Source: Candidatus Latescibacterota bacterium (GTDB lineage: Bacteria > Latescibacterota > UBA2968 > GCA-2709665). Taken from it: a stretch of 64,000 nucleotides of DNA. The notes under the pieces were generated by a model. The model made no database searches, had not been told where the DNA came from, and saw nothing but the letters and a program-made list of their open reading frames with translations. Positions 37,622 through 48,140 of this stretch are shown here, in pieces; position 1 is the first letter of the stretch; every line of letters starts with the position of its first letter. The stretch is from positions 2,272,001-2,336,000 of the forward strand of contig OZ244744.1 of assembly GCA_965219455.1 (NCBI GenBank), given 5' to 3'. Made by a program: the position numbers and the translations under genes.

Positions 37622-38578
37622 CTAGCGTTCACTGGCTTCCTTGCCTTCGTACAGTAACCTTAGAAGGGCAAGGAAGAGCCGGTCCCGCCGGTTTCGTTCC
37701 TGATCGATGGATTCCGCCGTGTACTCGTGGAAACCGCGGCCGGTCTTCACTCCGAAGTGCCCCGCGTCAACCAGCTTCCGGACGTTTCCGGGGAGTTCGG
37801 TGTCGGATCGGATTTCGGGAACGAGGATTTCGTAAACGAGAGCCGAAACGTCCAGACCCGCAAAGTCACGAACCGACAGGGGACCGGTTGCGGCCAGGCG
37901 AAAGCCGACGCTGGCTCGAACCGCGCGGTCGATGTCCTCCGGCTCGGCGACGCCACGGTCCAGGAGGTCCCAAATTTCGCGGGACATGGCCACCTGGATG
38001 CGGTTGACCAGAAAACCCGGAATCTCCTGCTTGAGGCGCACCGGCAATTTACCGATCCGCTTCAGAAGATCGACGGCGTTCTTCACGGTTCGCTCGGTCG
38101 TGCGTTCTCCAGGCACGACCTCCACGAGTGGTACTATATGCGGGGGATTGAACCAGTGGGTAACCACGGCTCGACCGGGATTTCGAAGGTCCCGGGCGAT
38201 GTCAGTCATGGGAAAAGAAGACGTGTTGCTGGCCAGAATGGTTGCCCGCGAGACGATGGTCTCGACTCTGGCGAAGAGTTCCCGCTTGACGTCGAGGTCC
38301 TCCCCGACGGCTTCCGTAACGAAGCCGGCGGTTTCAACCGCCTCTCTCTCGCTGTCTAACACGGCAATGCGTCCCAGCGTTTCCCGGGCCGAGTCGGGCG
38401 TATCCATCCCCGCCTGAATACGTTGCCGCAGGTTGGTTTCTATCCGGCGAAACAGGGATTCGCGGGCCGCAGGGGATTCGTCGTAGCAGCGGGTTGGGTG
38501 CCCTGCCGCGGCGAATGCCTGCGAGATGCCATGGCCCATGGTGCCCAGACCGATGACCGCAACTGTCCGGAGTGCCAT
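37622..38578 (-). CDS. 3-hydroxyacyl-CoA dehydrogenase family protein
   Basis: GLGTMGHGI, ASNTSS, HWFNPP, PGFLVNR, GVKTGRGF. Confidence 0.93.
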   Translation of the reverse strand: MALRTVAVIGLGTMGHGISQAFAAAGHPTRCYDESPAARESLFRRIETNLRQRIQAGMDTPDSARETLGRIAVLDSEREAVETAGFVTEAVGEDLDVKRELFARVETIVSRATILASNTSSFPMTDIARDLRNPGRAVVTHWFNPPHIVPLVEVVPGERTTERTVKNAVDLLKRIGKLPVRLKQEIPGFLVNRIQVAMSREIWDLLDRGVAEPEDIDRAVRASVGFRLAATGPLSVRDFAGLDVSALVYEILVPEIRSDTELPGNVRKLVDAGHFGVKTGRGFHEYTAESIDQERNRRDRLFLALLRLLYEGKEASER

Positions 38579-38666
38579 TTCAGTCTACCATAGTGGTCGG
38601 GTCAAATTGTGCGAGCCTTGAAGTGCCCATACACAGGGATTCTGAGGTTTCGGTTTGATGTATGTG

Positions 38667-38691
38667 AGCAGACAGGAATGTCTGCTCCACC
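38667..38691. repeat. REP-like palindrome AGCAGACAGGAATGTCTGCT
   Basis: Inverted relative of 10744-10768. Confidence 0.6.
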
Positions 38692-38814
38692 TTTTCAAGC
38701 TTTGGTTCGAGGTATCGCTTGAGCGCGTCAACCATCCGAGACAAAACGCCTGTACTTGCTTCCACTTCCCGATGCAGCACGGTGCCGCTGTCACCTGTGT
38801 GCGCGCAGTATCGG

Positions 38815-39555
38815 TTATATTGTCTTACCGCCGTCCACAACCATCACCTGTCCGGTGACGTATTCGTTTATGATCAGACTCAGAATCGCATTGGCGATAT
38901 CGTGAGGTTCCGCGACACGTTTGAGGGGCGTGGCTTCACGATTTGCACGGACGAATTCGTCCCAGCCTTTCACCCAGCGGGTGTTCACCACGCCCGGGGC
39001 CACGGCGTTCGTCCGAATACGGGGCGCCTGGCTGATGGCCAGGGATTTGGTGAGAGAAATCAGCGCCGCCTTGGACGCGCAATATGCAATGGAACTGCCC
39101 TGCCCGCTGGTGCCCGCGATGGATGCCACGTTGACGATCTGTCCTCCCGTTTCGGGCATTTTGGATATGGCTGCCCTGGCGCAGTAGAACGCGCCCTTGA
39201 CGTTGACGTCGAAGACCGGATCCCACGCTTCATCGGTAAGGGCCTCAAGATCGGCCAGCGGCACGAAGACGGTGGTACCCGCGTTGTTGACGAGGATGTC
39301 CAATCGACCCAGTTCCTCGGCCACGCGGTCCACCATTTCAAGAACGGCACTTTCCACCGCGACGTCTGCGCAGACGGCGATCGAATTTCGACCCAGGTCG
39401 CGAACATCGGCAACCGTGGCCTCCGCTTCGAGTCTGGACCGCGAGTAATTGACCGCCACGTCGGCCCCTTCCGAGGCGAGGAGCAGGGAGGTCGCCCTGC
39501 CAATTCCCGTGCCGCCGCCGGTCACAAGCGCGACCTTTCCGTCTAAACGGCCCAT
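38815..39555 (-). CDS. Short-chain dehydrogenase/reductase
   Basis: TGGGTGIG, NNAG, YCASK. Confidence 0.95.
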   Translation of the reverse strand: MGRLDGKVALVTGGGTGIGRATSLLLASEGADVAVNYSRSRLEAEATVADVRDLGRNSIAVCADVAVESAVLEMVDRVAEELGRLDILVNNAGTTVFVPLADLEALTDEAWDPVFDVNVKGAFYCARAAISKMPETGGQIVNVASIAGTSGQGSSIAYCASKAALISLTKSLAISQAPRIRTNAVAPGVVNTRWVKGWDEFVRANREATPLKRVAEPHDIANAILSLIINEYVTGQVMVVDGGKTI

Positions 39556-39597
39556 AAAGAATCCTTTCGATCAGGTTTATAAGGGTTGTGCTCAGGA

Positions 39598-40878
39598 CTA
39601 CGAGCAGGAAAACGGAATGGCGACGACGTCGCGGATGTGTGTTGCATCGGTAAGCACCATCAGCAGCCTGTCAACGCCCATGGCAATGCCGCCGGCTGGC
39701 GGCATACCGGCTTCGAGGGCCCCCAGAAACCGTTCGTCTATCGGGTAGGCCGGACGACCGCTTTGTTTTCGCTGCGCGGCTTCGTTTTCCAATCGGTCTC
39801 TCTGTTCGGCGGGATTGTTCAGCTCCGTAAACGCGTTGGCGAGTTCCACGCCCGAAACATAGAGTTCGAACCGTTCCGCGATGCCGGGGGAGTCCTGTTT
39901 CAACCTGGCAAGAGCCGCCATTTCCGCGGGATAATCCAGGAGAAAGGTGGGACGCCCCACGCCGAGGTGTTTTTCCACGCCGTCCAGAAACACTTTGAAG
40001 TACGCGATCTCAAAGGGATCGCCGGGACGGACCGACCGGTGTCCCTGTTGGCGGGCTTCGCGAATGAACTCTTCAAGATTCTCTGCAGGATCGGCGTGCA
40101 CGCCGGCGTACCTGGCAAATGCCTCCTGTACGGTCAGGCGTTGCCACGGCGGGGTAAAATCGACGGATCGACCCCGGTACATGACCGTAGGCTTTCCCGT
40201 GATTTCGCACACCAGGGCGTAAATCAGGGTTTCGGCGTCGGCCATGATGGAGGTGTAGTCGGCATACGCCCTGTACCATTCAAGGAGTGTGAATTCGGGG
40301 CTGTGCATCGGGCCGGGCGTTTCCTGGCGGAAGGATTTACAGATCTGGAAGATGCGTTCGTACCCGGCGGACAGGAGGCGTTTCATCGCGTATTCAGGGG
40401 AAGTTGGCAGGTAGAGACGCTTAACGCGGCCATTGTCGCTGTACAGGGTTTCGAAGGCATCCAGATGAGGTTCCATGCCTGGGCTGTGGACGAGCAACGG
40501 CGTTTCCACTTCCAGGAAACCGGCGGTCTCGAAAAAACGTCGGACAAACGAAAGAACCCGTGCGCGCGTACGCAGGTTTCGGGGTGAGGGCCCGGATTCC
40601 GGCGGACGAAGGGCCGGCGCCAGAACGCGGTGACTTCGGACCTGAAATGTCGGAGGCCGCCAGATCCCCCGCACCTCCACGACGTCTCCCGGGCGGAGAT
40701 TGTCCGATGTCTGGCCAGATGCAAGGGTCACTTCGCCGGATTCGTCAACCAGTCGCGGCCGGTCCGTTGCCTCGCCGGCTGCAATCCGGCCGGCCAATAC
40801 TGCATCGCCCCCGGGCAGAAGGTCTTCGATGCGGTGGGTGCGGGCGCACCGGGCGGGATAAGCGGCGGAATCAGGCAT
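39598..40878 (-). CDS. epmA: EF-P lysine aminoacylase EpmA/GenX with N-terminal extension
   Basis: FLEVETP, PGMEPHL, LPTSPEYAMKRLL, HSPEFTLLEWY, ERFELY, GIAMGVDRL. Confidence 0.88.
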   Translation of the reverse strand: MPDSAAYPARCARTHRIEDLLPGGDAVLAGRIAAGEATDRPRLVDESGEVTLASGQTSDNLRPGDVVEVRGIWRPPTFQVRSHRVLAPALRPPESGPSPRNLRTRARVLSFVRRFFETAGFLEVETPLLVHSPGMEPHLDAFETLYSDNGRVKRLYLPTSPEYAMKRLLSAGYERIFQICKSFRQETPGPMHSPEFTLLEWYRAYADYTSIMADAETLIYALVCEITGKPTVMYRGRSVDFTPPWQRLTVQEAFARYAGVHADPAENLEEFIREARQQGHRSVRPGDPFEIAYFKVFLDGVEKHLGVGRPTFLLDYPAEMAALARLKQDSPGIAERFELYVSGVELANAFTELNNPAEQRDRLENEAAQRKQSGRPAYPIDERFLGALEAGMPPAGGIAMGVDRLLMVLTDATHIRDVVAIPFSCS

Positions 40879-41208
40879 TGGCGGATGGGGACATTCCGGA
40901 CATACCCTGTATCATGTTGAGAGACATTGGCTCCAACGCAAACGATTGCGCGTAAAGCGCGCTCGACCGAACTTGTGGAGGCGGCCCGGCCGCATCGGCG
41001 ATCGTACGCGCGTTATGATCGACGCACCTCTGCTACGCCCTAGCCAATTGGCGGGCGCTGAGGAATATAGGACAACCGCTTCCGGGGAGCAATAGCCATC
41101 CTGCCGGGGCCGAGGCCCCGGCGGAAAAATCCCTTGCCGCTGGTTCTTTTCCGGTCATATATTTCCTCGACAAAACACTTGCCACTTGTTCCGGAGGACC
41201 TCGCTGAC

Positions 41209-41790
41209 ATGAGACGTCGAACAACCCGGCAACCGCTCTTAATACCTTTCGCCTTTTTTTCGGCAATGGCGGTTCTCTTTCTTGGCTCTCCGGCGTCGGC
41301 CGGGTCCTTCAAGGCCGGCGGCGGGATGTTCTTCAACAATAATGAACCAGGGGGGGGCATCTCTGTCGACCTGGGCGATGAGGGGTTGGCGCTTTCGCCG
41401 TTTGTGGATTATTTCGGCAAATCCGGCTCCCGCTTTTTCGGCGGCGGGCTTAATGTCGTTGCTAAACGGGCCGGGGGCGAGCAGTCGCAACTCTATATTG
41501 GCGTGGGCGGAGGCATCGCCTCCGTCGACGTGGAAGAAAGTTCGGCCGGCATTACCGGTTCGGCGTCAAAAACACAGGCAATGGCGGATCTCGTGCTGGG
41601 TCTCGAGTTCGACCTGCACGAAAATATCGGAGGTTTCCTGCAGGTAAAATGGCTGGGGACTTTCGGCGGCGGCCGGGTGGACATTACGGGTCAGATTGAA
41701 GGAAGGACCGTTACGATTCCGGACGCGATCGACCTGGAACTCAGAAATTTCGCGACCCAGGCCGGCATCACGATCGATTTCTGGCGTTGA
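41209..41790 (+). CDS. Small outer-membrane beta-barrel protein
   Basis: Signal peptide, alternating strands, LSPFVDYF, YIGVGGG, C-terminal aromatic (DFW). Confidence 0.75.
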   Translation: MRRRTTRQPLLIPFAFFSAMAVLFLGSPASAGSFKAGGGMFFNNNEPGGGISVDLGDEGLALSPFVDYFGKSGSRFFGGGLNVVAKRAGGEQSQLYIGVGGGIASVDVEESSAGITGSASKTQAMADLVLGLEFDLHENIGGFLQVKWLGTFGGGRVDITGQIEGRTVTIPDAIDLELRNFATQAGITIDFWR

Positions 41791-42097
41791 CAGGCATTTC
41801 TTTCGGGTGACCAAAACGGTCCACGACGTCCGGCAATCGGGCTCCGGTCCCGGCGGAAGACATCCAGGGAACAATTGATCTGTTCCGTATCAAACTATCC
41901 GTTTCGTCGGGCCCGCCTTTAAAGCGAGTGGTGAATAGAAAAAGTCCATTGGATAACGACGGTTGAAGCCCGAATGTTTGGCCGGCGGTTTTTGGGTTGA
42001 TTTTTGGCGGTATTTTGTCGATCATTGTTGGTGTCGAACCGTTCCTGTATCCTACCGATCCATTGGTCAATGCCGCACCAGACCCAGGGAGGCTTGA

Positions 42098-42700
42098 ATG
42101 CACGCGTTGATCCGCGTTCTCTTAGTCATTGGCTTTACTGCAATGCTCACCACCTCGACCGCGTGGGCGCAGCATGCGCTCAAGCTGGGCGGAGGTATAC
42201 ACCTTGACGAAGAAACGCCGGGGATAGGACTCGCGTACGACATCAGTGCCTCGGAAGGGTTGGTTGCGTTTTCTCCATTTGTCGATTTCTTCTCCAAATC
42301 CGCCAATACGGTCTTCGGGGGCGGGTTGAACCTGATCGTGAAGCGTCCTGTGGGTGAAAAAGGCGTCTTCTTCTTCGGCGGCGGGGGTGGGTTCGGCAGT
42401 GTGAAGGACACGCAGGAATTCGATGTTGACATAGGCGAAACCACCGATTTATCGGTAGAGACAGTCGAGGCTTCAAGAACACAGGCAATGGTCAATGTGC
42501 TGATCGGCCTGGAACTTGCCGCCACCGAGAGGGCATCGGTTTTCCTGCAGGCCAAGTGGATTGGCATGTACAGCGGAGAACCCGAAGTCTACCGTCTCTC
42601 CAATGACGAGGAGGTGGCGCCTGAACTGGACGTGAAGAGTTTCGCATTTCAGGTTGGCCTGTCTATCAATATTGGCCAACCGCAAGTTGAAGAATACTAG
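42098..42700 (+). CDS. Small outer-membrane beta-barrel protein (paralogue)
   Basis: AWA signal; FSPFVDFF, FGGGGG, FLQAKW, FQVGLSINI. Confidence 0.75.
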   Translation: MHALIRVLLVIGFTAMLTTSTAWAQHALKLGGGIHLDEETPGIGLAYDISASEGLVAFSPFVDFFSKSANTVFGGGLNLIVKRPVGEKGVFFFGGGGGFGSVKDTQEFDVDIGETTDLSVETVEASRTQAMVNVLIGLELAATERASVFLQAKWIGMYSGEPEVYRLSNDEEVAPELDVKSFAFQVGLSINIGQPQVEEY

Positions 42701-42864
42701 CAAATCGATCGCGCCTGTAAGTGGGATTCAGACGTGGTCGGCCGCACGCCGCCTGGCGTCAGGTGGCGACCGTAATTTGCGAGCGGTCCGCCCCAAAGAT
42801 GTCTCCGTTGGAAACGGGCAAGACTTATTTCACGCGCCGCCAACGCGCCGCAGGTAATGGAGGT

Positions 42865-43371
42865 ATGATGAGACTTCGAATATTGGCTTTGCTGTCGGGC
42901 TTCGCCTTTCTGGCCGCCACGCCCGTCGCCGCCAGAGACTTCGCGGTGAGTGCGGGTGGGGGAACGCTGTTCAACCCGACCCGGCCGGGCGGTCACTTTT
43001 CGTTCGAGATGTCGCTGAGCGACGAGTATCCCACCCACCTCGCGCCATTCTTCGAGCTGTACAACGATTCAGGCACAAGGATTATCCCGATAGGAATCTC
43101 GCTGCTATACAAACCGCCTCTTTCTGAATACGGCGGCACGATATATTTCGGCGCCGGCGGCGGCGCGTTGCTGGTTCGCGGCCAACCCGGTCCTGGCCTT
43201 GCAACCGGTACAGACGGGATGATCACCGTGGCGGGCGGCTTATCGTTTGGCGTGGGGCCGCGCGCGGGGGTGTTTATGCAGGTGCGCTGGTTTCGATCCT
43301 TCGAAGATCAGACGGCAGAGAACGAAATTGGCATTCAGGCAGGCGTACGCTTCAATCTGAGCGGCGGTTGA
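42865..43371 (+). CDS. Small outer-membrane beta-barrel protein (paralogue)
   Basis: GGAGG RBS; signal peptide; LAPFFELY, YFGAGGG, QAGVRFNL. Confidence 0.75.
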   Translation: MMRLRILALLSGFAFLAATPVAARDFAVSAGGGTLFNPTRPGGHFSFEMSLSDEYPTHLAPFFELYNDSGTRIIPIGISLLYKPPLSEYGGTIYFGAGGGALLVRGQPGPGLATGTDGMITVAGGLSFGVGPRAGVFMQVRWFRSFEDQTAENEIGIQAGVRFNLSGG

Positions 43372-43529
43372 GTACCGGACAACGCGCGGGTGAACATCGG
43401 TAATTCGAAAGCGCCGGAAACCCACTTCAGGGTGCCGGCGCTTTTCGTTTGAATCGCCCATAACGTCAGGATATTCATCCTCGCTGCGACGGGGAGAAAT
43501 ACGGCGTCTAAAGTCCTGTTTCGGCAGAA

Positions 43530-45029
43530 TCAACCCCGGTTGCGGAGCAGATCGACCAGGAGACGCACCCCCACCCCGGTGCCGCCCTTGGGGATATGCG
43601 GCAGGTCTTTGTGCGCCCAGGCGGTGCCGGCAATGTCCAGGTGGGCCCAGGGAAAGCCCTCCACGAAGGCTTCGATGAACGCCGCGCCGGTGATGGCGCC
43701 GCCGCCGCGGCCGCCGGTGTTCTTCAGATCGGCAATATCGCTCTTCATCTCCTCGCGGTGGCCGTCCAGAATGGGAAGGCGCCATGCGATCTCCCCCGTT
43801 CTTTCACCGGCGGCGGCAATTTCGGATGCCAAGGGGTCATCGTTGGAGAAGAGGCCGCTGGCCTCGTGTCCCAGGGCAACGATGCAGGCGCCGGTAAGCG
43901 TGGCCAGATCGATGGCGGCAGAGGGTTTATAGCGGGCGGCATAGGCCACGGCGTCGGCCAGAACCAGGCGGCCCTCGGCGTCTGTGGACCGGATTTCGAT
44001 GGTTTTTCCCAGCAGAGACCGGATAATGTCGCCCGGCTTGAGCGCGCGGCTGCCCGGCATGTTTTCCGAGGCGGCGACCAGGCCGACCGTGTGTACCGGT
44101 AGATTCAGCCTCGCAACGGCCTGCATGGCGCCGATCACGGCAGCGGCACCTCCCATGTCGAATTTCATATCCCACATGCCATCGGATCCCTTGATGGAAA
44201 TACCGCCGGAGTCGAAAGTGATGCCTTTGCCGATAAGCACCACGGGGGCCGCCTCCGGCTCGCCGCCCTCGTGTTCGAGAATGATGAACCTGGGGGGTTC
44301 TGCGCTGCCCTGCGCCACGGACTGGATGGTGCGCATGCCTTCGCTGGCAATCCGCGCCTCGTCGAAGACCTCGCACCTCATGCCCGTTTCAAGGGCCATC
44401 GTTTCGGCGCGGTCGGCGAGTACGGCGGGCGTCATTTCGTTCCCCGGATGACTGCCCAGATCCCGGGCAAGACAGGCGGCTTCGGCAATAATTCGCCCTG
44501 CATCCGACCCTTTCCCAACGTCGGTCTGCTTGCCTGCGTCGAATTCGACCAGCGTCAGCTGTTCGAGGTCGTTGGCGTCTTCGTCTTCCCCGCTCTTGTA
44601 TGGGGTGAAGCGGTAGGTGCCGAGAATGGCGCCTTCGACAACGGCCTGCGTGGCGGCGGCGACGTCCATGCCGCCCGTCCCACCCCCGTGAACCACGGTG
44701 GCCAGGTGTCCCGCGCCGAGGCTGCGCGCACGCTGCGCCGCAGCCGCGGAGACCTGCCGGACCCGGTCGAGCGTGAATTCCTCGCGTTTACCCAGACCCA
44801 CAAGGAGGAGGCGCTTTGCGGAAATGCCATCCCGTGGATATAGTACGGCAATCTGTTTGAACTTGCCGGTGAAGTCACCGTCGGAGATCAGGTTCCGGAT
44901 CTGGCCGTTCAGTGCCGCATCCGCGGCGCCCGTGGCGCCACCGGGTTCCGTGACACCCTCGAAGAGATTCAGCGCAATGGCTTCCGCATCCCGTTCCAGG
45001 ATGTTTTCGATCGCAACAGATATGTTCAC
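43530..45029 (-). CDS. pepA: Leucyl aminopeptidase (M17)
   Basis: GKGITFDSGG, MKFDMGG, TDAEGRL, ATLTGA, WAHLDIAG; AAGGAGG + GTG. Confidence 0.95.
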   Translation of the reverse strand: MNISVAIENILERDAEAIALNLFEGVTEPGGATGAADAALNGQIRNLISDGDFTGKFKQIAVLYPRDGISAKRLLLVGLGKREEFTLDRVRQVSAAAAQRARSLGAGHLATVVHGGGTGGMDVAAATQAVVEGAILGTYRFTPYKSGEDEDANDLEQLTLVEFDAGKQTDVGKGSDAGRIIAEAACLARDLGSHPGNEMTPAVLADRAETMALETGMRCEVFDEARIASEGMRTIQSVAQGSAEPPRFIILEHEGGEPEAAPVVLIGKGITFDSGGISIKGSDGMWDMKFDMGGAAAVIGAMQAVARLNLPVHTVGLVAASENMPGSRALKPGDIIRSLLGKTIEIRSTDAEGRLVLADAVAYAARYKPSAAIDLATLTGACIVALGHEASGLFSNDDPLASEIAAAGERTGEIAWRLPILDGHREEMKSDIADLKNTGGRGGGAITGAAFIEAFVEGFPWAHLDIAGTAWAHKDLPHIPKGGTGVGVRLLVDLLRNRG

Positions 45030-45172
45030 AAAACCTCCTTTAGTGTCCCGTCCCGGAAATAGATTGCCAGACCTCGGTATTGATTTCTTCCGGACGCAAT
45101 GGCCTTTCCGGGTTGTTCGTGTGGCGGACTCGACGGTTGTTCGGGGCCGGTGCGGTCGCGGCGCATCCAAAC

Positions 45173-45811
45173 CTACCACACGCCTGAATGCCCCACGATA
45201 AAGGGATTGCTCACTTTCTCACGGCCAACGGTGGTGAAGGGCCCATGTCCGGGATAGACCCTCGTCTCGTCGTTCAGAATCAGGATCTTTTCCCGTATTG
45301 ATCTGAGCAGAAGGTCCACGTCGCCGCCCGGCAGGTCGGTGCGGCCGATGGAGCCGGCAAAAAGTGAGTCCCCCACAATCGCGTGCCCCGGCCACTTGAG
45401 GGTGATATTGCCGCGGGCGTGGCCCGGCGTGTGGACAATCTCGAGGGTTTCTCCACCCATTCTGACGACATCGCCCTCTTCGAGAAAACGATCGATACGC
45501 GGCGGCGGATCTGCGTCCATACCTATGGATCCGGCGATTTCGACCAGGTTTTCAACCTCGAAGCGGTCTGCGGGATGAATGGCAAAGGGGGCGCCGGTTT
45601 CACGAACCGCGGAGGACGCATGCGCAATGTGGTCGTAATGCCCATGGGTGGCTATGACTTCCACAACGCGGATGTCGTCTTCCAGGACCAGCTCAATGAC
45701 GTCCGGGATGTTGTCGCCCGGATCGACGATGATACCCTCGAGGGTCTTTTCGCAGGCCAGGACGAAACAGTTTACCTGCAGCGGACCGACCACGATTGAT
45801 TTGAAGATCAA
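45173..45811 (-). CDS. MBL-fold metallo-hydrolase (glyoxalase II-like)
   Basis: THGHYDH, TPGH, GDSLF..GRTDLPGG, PGHG. Confidence 0.93.
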   Translation of the reverse strand: MIFKSIVVGPLQVNCFVLACEKTLEGIIVDPGDNIPDVIELVLEDDIRVVEVIATHGHYDHIAHASSAVRETGAPFAIHPADRFEVENLVEIAGSIGMDADPPPRIDRFLEEGDVVRMGGETLEIVHTPGHARGNITLKWPGHAIVGDSLFAGSIGRTDLPGGDVDLLLRSIREKILILNDETRVYPGHGPFTTVGREKVSNPFIVGHSGVW

Positions 45812-46103
45812 GAACTACCTCTATAAAATGATTCCACTGGAGCGTTTCGTTACCCGTGCGGTAGAATCTCCTCAGTGGAGTAGACTGGCGACTGTGCCCT
45901 TCGTACGCGTATAGACAAATCGTGCTTCGGTGCTGAACGGAATTGCGTGGAAAAACCCCCCACGCGACCACCGGACGGTTGTGAGGTAGTCCGGATCGGA
46001 CCGCCAAATGGATTTGCGTTTGTGCCGCCTGTCAGTGGCCGTTGACTGCTGTATTTCCTTTGTGTCTTCGTGTCTCCGTGTGAGGCCGATTTTCCGGGTT
46101 TTG

Positions 46104-46150
46104 CACCCCCTTTCCTTCAGGAGAGGGGGCCGGGGGGAGAGGTCCCGCCA
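46104..46150. repeat. REP-like GC-rich palindrome
   Basis: CCCCCTTTCCTTCAGGAGAGGGGG hairpin downstream of the sulfatase stop. Confidence 0.4.
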
Positions 46151-46151
46151 C

Positions 46152-47480
46152 TTATCCCTCGAGGCCTTCCTCTCCAGCGTGGATGGACGCCAGCACCCAC
46201 GGATCCCGGGTCCCGACCCGGAACGCCTTTACTTTCCGACGCATCGCTTCCGCGACGTCCGCGACCTCCGGATCGTGAATTATATTGGTCGATTCTACCG
46301 GATCGGCTTCAACGTCGAACAATGCCTCTCCATCCTGGTGCAGGAATCGCTCGGTGGGCCGCTGCCCCATCATCCCGATTCCCTCCGACAGGATTGACTG
46401 CCACGTCGGAGACGCCCACAGATCGCCCGGTATCGGCGTTGTCAACTCCGGATAGAGATTACGCACGTATTTGTACTTTCGCCCCCTCAACACACGATAC
46501 GGATAGTAGTTCGTCACCTCGTGGAACGAATGCGAAAAGAACGTCTCCTCCCATCCTACCGGATGCGCCTCGTCCAGAATCGGGAGCAGCGAGCGTTCCG
46601 GAAGCCCTTCCGGCCCTTCCACCCCGCACCACTCCAGAACCGTCGGTGCGATATTGCACCAGTTCACAAGCGCATCGCACCGCACGGACGCCTTGCCTGG
46701 CCGCACCAGGATTAGCGGACAACGATGTCCGGAGTCAAACGACGACCCCTTCGCACCGGGAAACGGCATCCCATGGTCGCTCATCACGACAATCAACGTA
46801 TCCTCCGCCCGGCCGGCGGCCTCCAGCGCGTCCACCGCCATCCCGATACCCTGATCCAGCCTGGATATCGACTGATAATACGCCGCCAGCTCGCACCGTA
46901 CAGCGGGATGGTCGGGCAGGAAATCGGGCACGACCACCTCTTCCGGCGAATAAAACACCTCGTCCACCTCCGGATAGGTCCCCCGATTTCCGAAATCCCG
47001 GTGCGGATCTCCGAATCCCATATGCAGATAGAAGGGCCTGTCGCCCGTTTGCGATAAGAACGCCCCGGCCTGCCTGGCCATCTCCGCTACGTTCCGCGTT
47101 CCGCCGCTCACCTGTTCCCCGTTATACGTCCACGGATATACCTCTCCGGGCTGTACGTGCAGCTTGCCCACGATCCCGGTCGCAAACCCCGCCGATCCGA
47201 GGGTCCGGGGGATGGAGGGCATGGACAGATGCGTATGGAAATTGTGGATCCCATGCGTATGCCCGTACTGCCCGTGGGTATGGCTGTAATGTCCCGTCAA
47301 CACGCACGCCCGGCTGGCCGCACAGGATGGCGTGGTACAGAACGCCCGGGTAAACACCGTTCCACGAGACGCAAGTGCGTCCACGTTCGGCGTCCGGATC
47401 GCCGAATTCCCGTAACATCCGGCAATCGGGCTCCAGTCGTCCGCAATTAACAAAAGAACGCTGCGATGGTCTGTCGTCAT
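46152..47480 (-). CDS. Sulfatase (sulfamidase-like)
   Basis: IADD, CAASRA..LTG (CxAxR), GKLH, DPHR, SDHG. Confidence 0.92.
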   Translation of the reverse strand: MTTDHRSVLLLIADDWSPIAGCYGNSAIRTPNVDALASRGTVFTRAFCTTPSCAASRACVLTGHYSHTHGQYGHTHGIHNFHTHLSMPSIPRTLGSAGFATGIVGKLHVQPGEVYPWTYNGEQVSGGTRNVAEMARQAGAFLSQTGDRPFYLHMGFGDPHRDFGNRGTYPEVDEVFYSPEEVVVPDFLPDHPAVRCELAAYYQSISRLDQGIGMAVDALEAAGRAEDTLIVVMSDHGMPFPGAKGSSFDSGHRCPLILVRPGKASVRCDALVNWCNIAPTVLEWCGVEGPEGLPERSLLPILDEAHPVGWEETFFSHSFHEVTNYYPYRVLRGRKYKYVRNLYPELTTPIPGDLWASPTWQSILSEGIGMMGQRPTERFLHQDGEALFDVEADPVESTNIIHDPEVADVAEAMRRKVKAFRVGTRDPWVLASIHAGEEGLEG

Positions 47481-47544
47481 GGCGGTCCCTCTTTGAGTTT
47501 CCCAAGAGTGAATCGGCTTGTCAGGCCGGGTGAGATCATTTATC

Positions 47545-47988
47545 TTAACCGCGGTCCGGCGCAGGTACGGGGGACCCCAGCACCCTGTCTTTCAACGCCG
47601 TGTTCTCCCCGGTATTGATTTTCCACAACAGATACACCATTAACAAAACGCCGGCGGCGTCATACAGCACGTCGGTCCAGGTTCCGAGGCGCTCCGGCAC
47701 GGAATTCTGATGGAACTCATCGGCCACACCGTAACAGACGGAAAGCACCGCGCTCCATGCCAGGCATGGGCCGAACCGCCGCGGCTCTGTCCGGATTGAC
47801 CGCAGCCAGAGATACGTCAGAACCGCATATTCGGCCAGATGCGCGAGCTTGCGAACGGTATAATTCAAGACACCCAGATATTCACCCGTGGCATCCGCGG
47901 ACATCCCGAAAGCCAGCCATCTGCTCGACATCAGAAAAATCAACCCCATCCAACCCGCCAGCACAATTCGCCACCGTCTGACTGTCAA
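47545..47988 (-). CDS. VanZ-like membrane protein
   Basis: VRKLAHLAEY, DEFHQ..VPER...DV. Confidence 0.85.
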   Translation of the reverse strand: MTVRRWRIVLAGWMGLIFLMSSRWLAFGMSADATGEYLGVLNYTVRKLAHLAEYAVLTYLWLRSIRTEPRRFGPCLAWSAVLSVCYGVADEFHQNSVPERLGTWTDVLYDAAGVLLMVYLLWKINTGENTALKDRVLGSPVPAPDRG

Positions 47989-48140
47989 TCTGACCTCGAT
48001 TCGGTGTTTAGTCTGTTTACCTCGTCAACCGATCTCTAAGATCGTCTTTTGACAAAATCGCGTCAAGCACAAACGCGGCCGTTAACCGATTCTGCGCGGC
48101 GCGTCTGTCTGCCGGGTACCAGCAATCCGGAGTTTCCGCA

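Noticed and set aside
45820-46010. Several short hairpins upstream of the MBL hydrolase as a possible riboswitch
   Set aside because: No recognisable aptamer consensus or expression platform.
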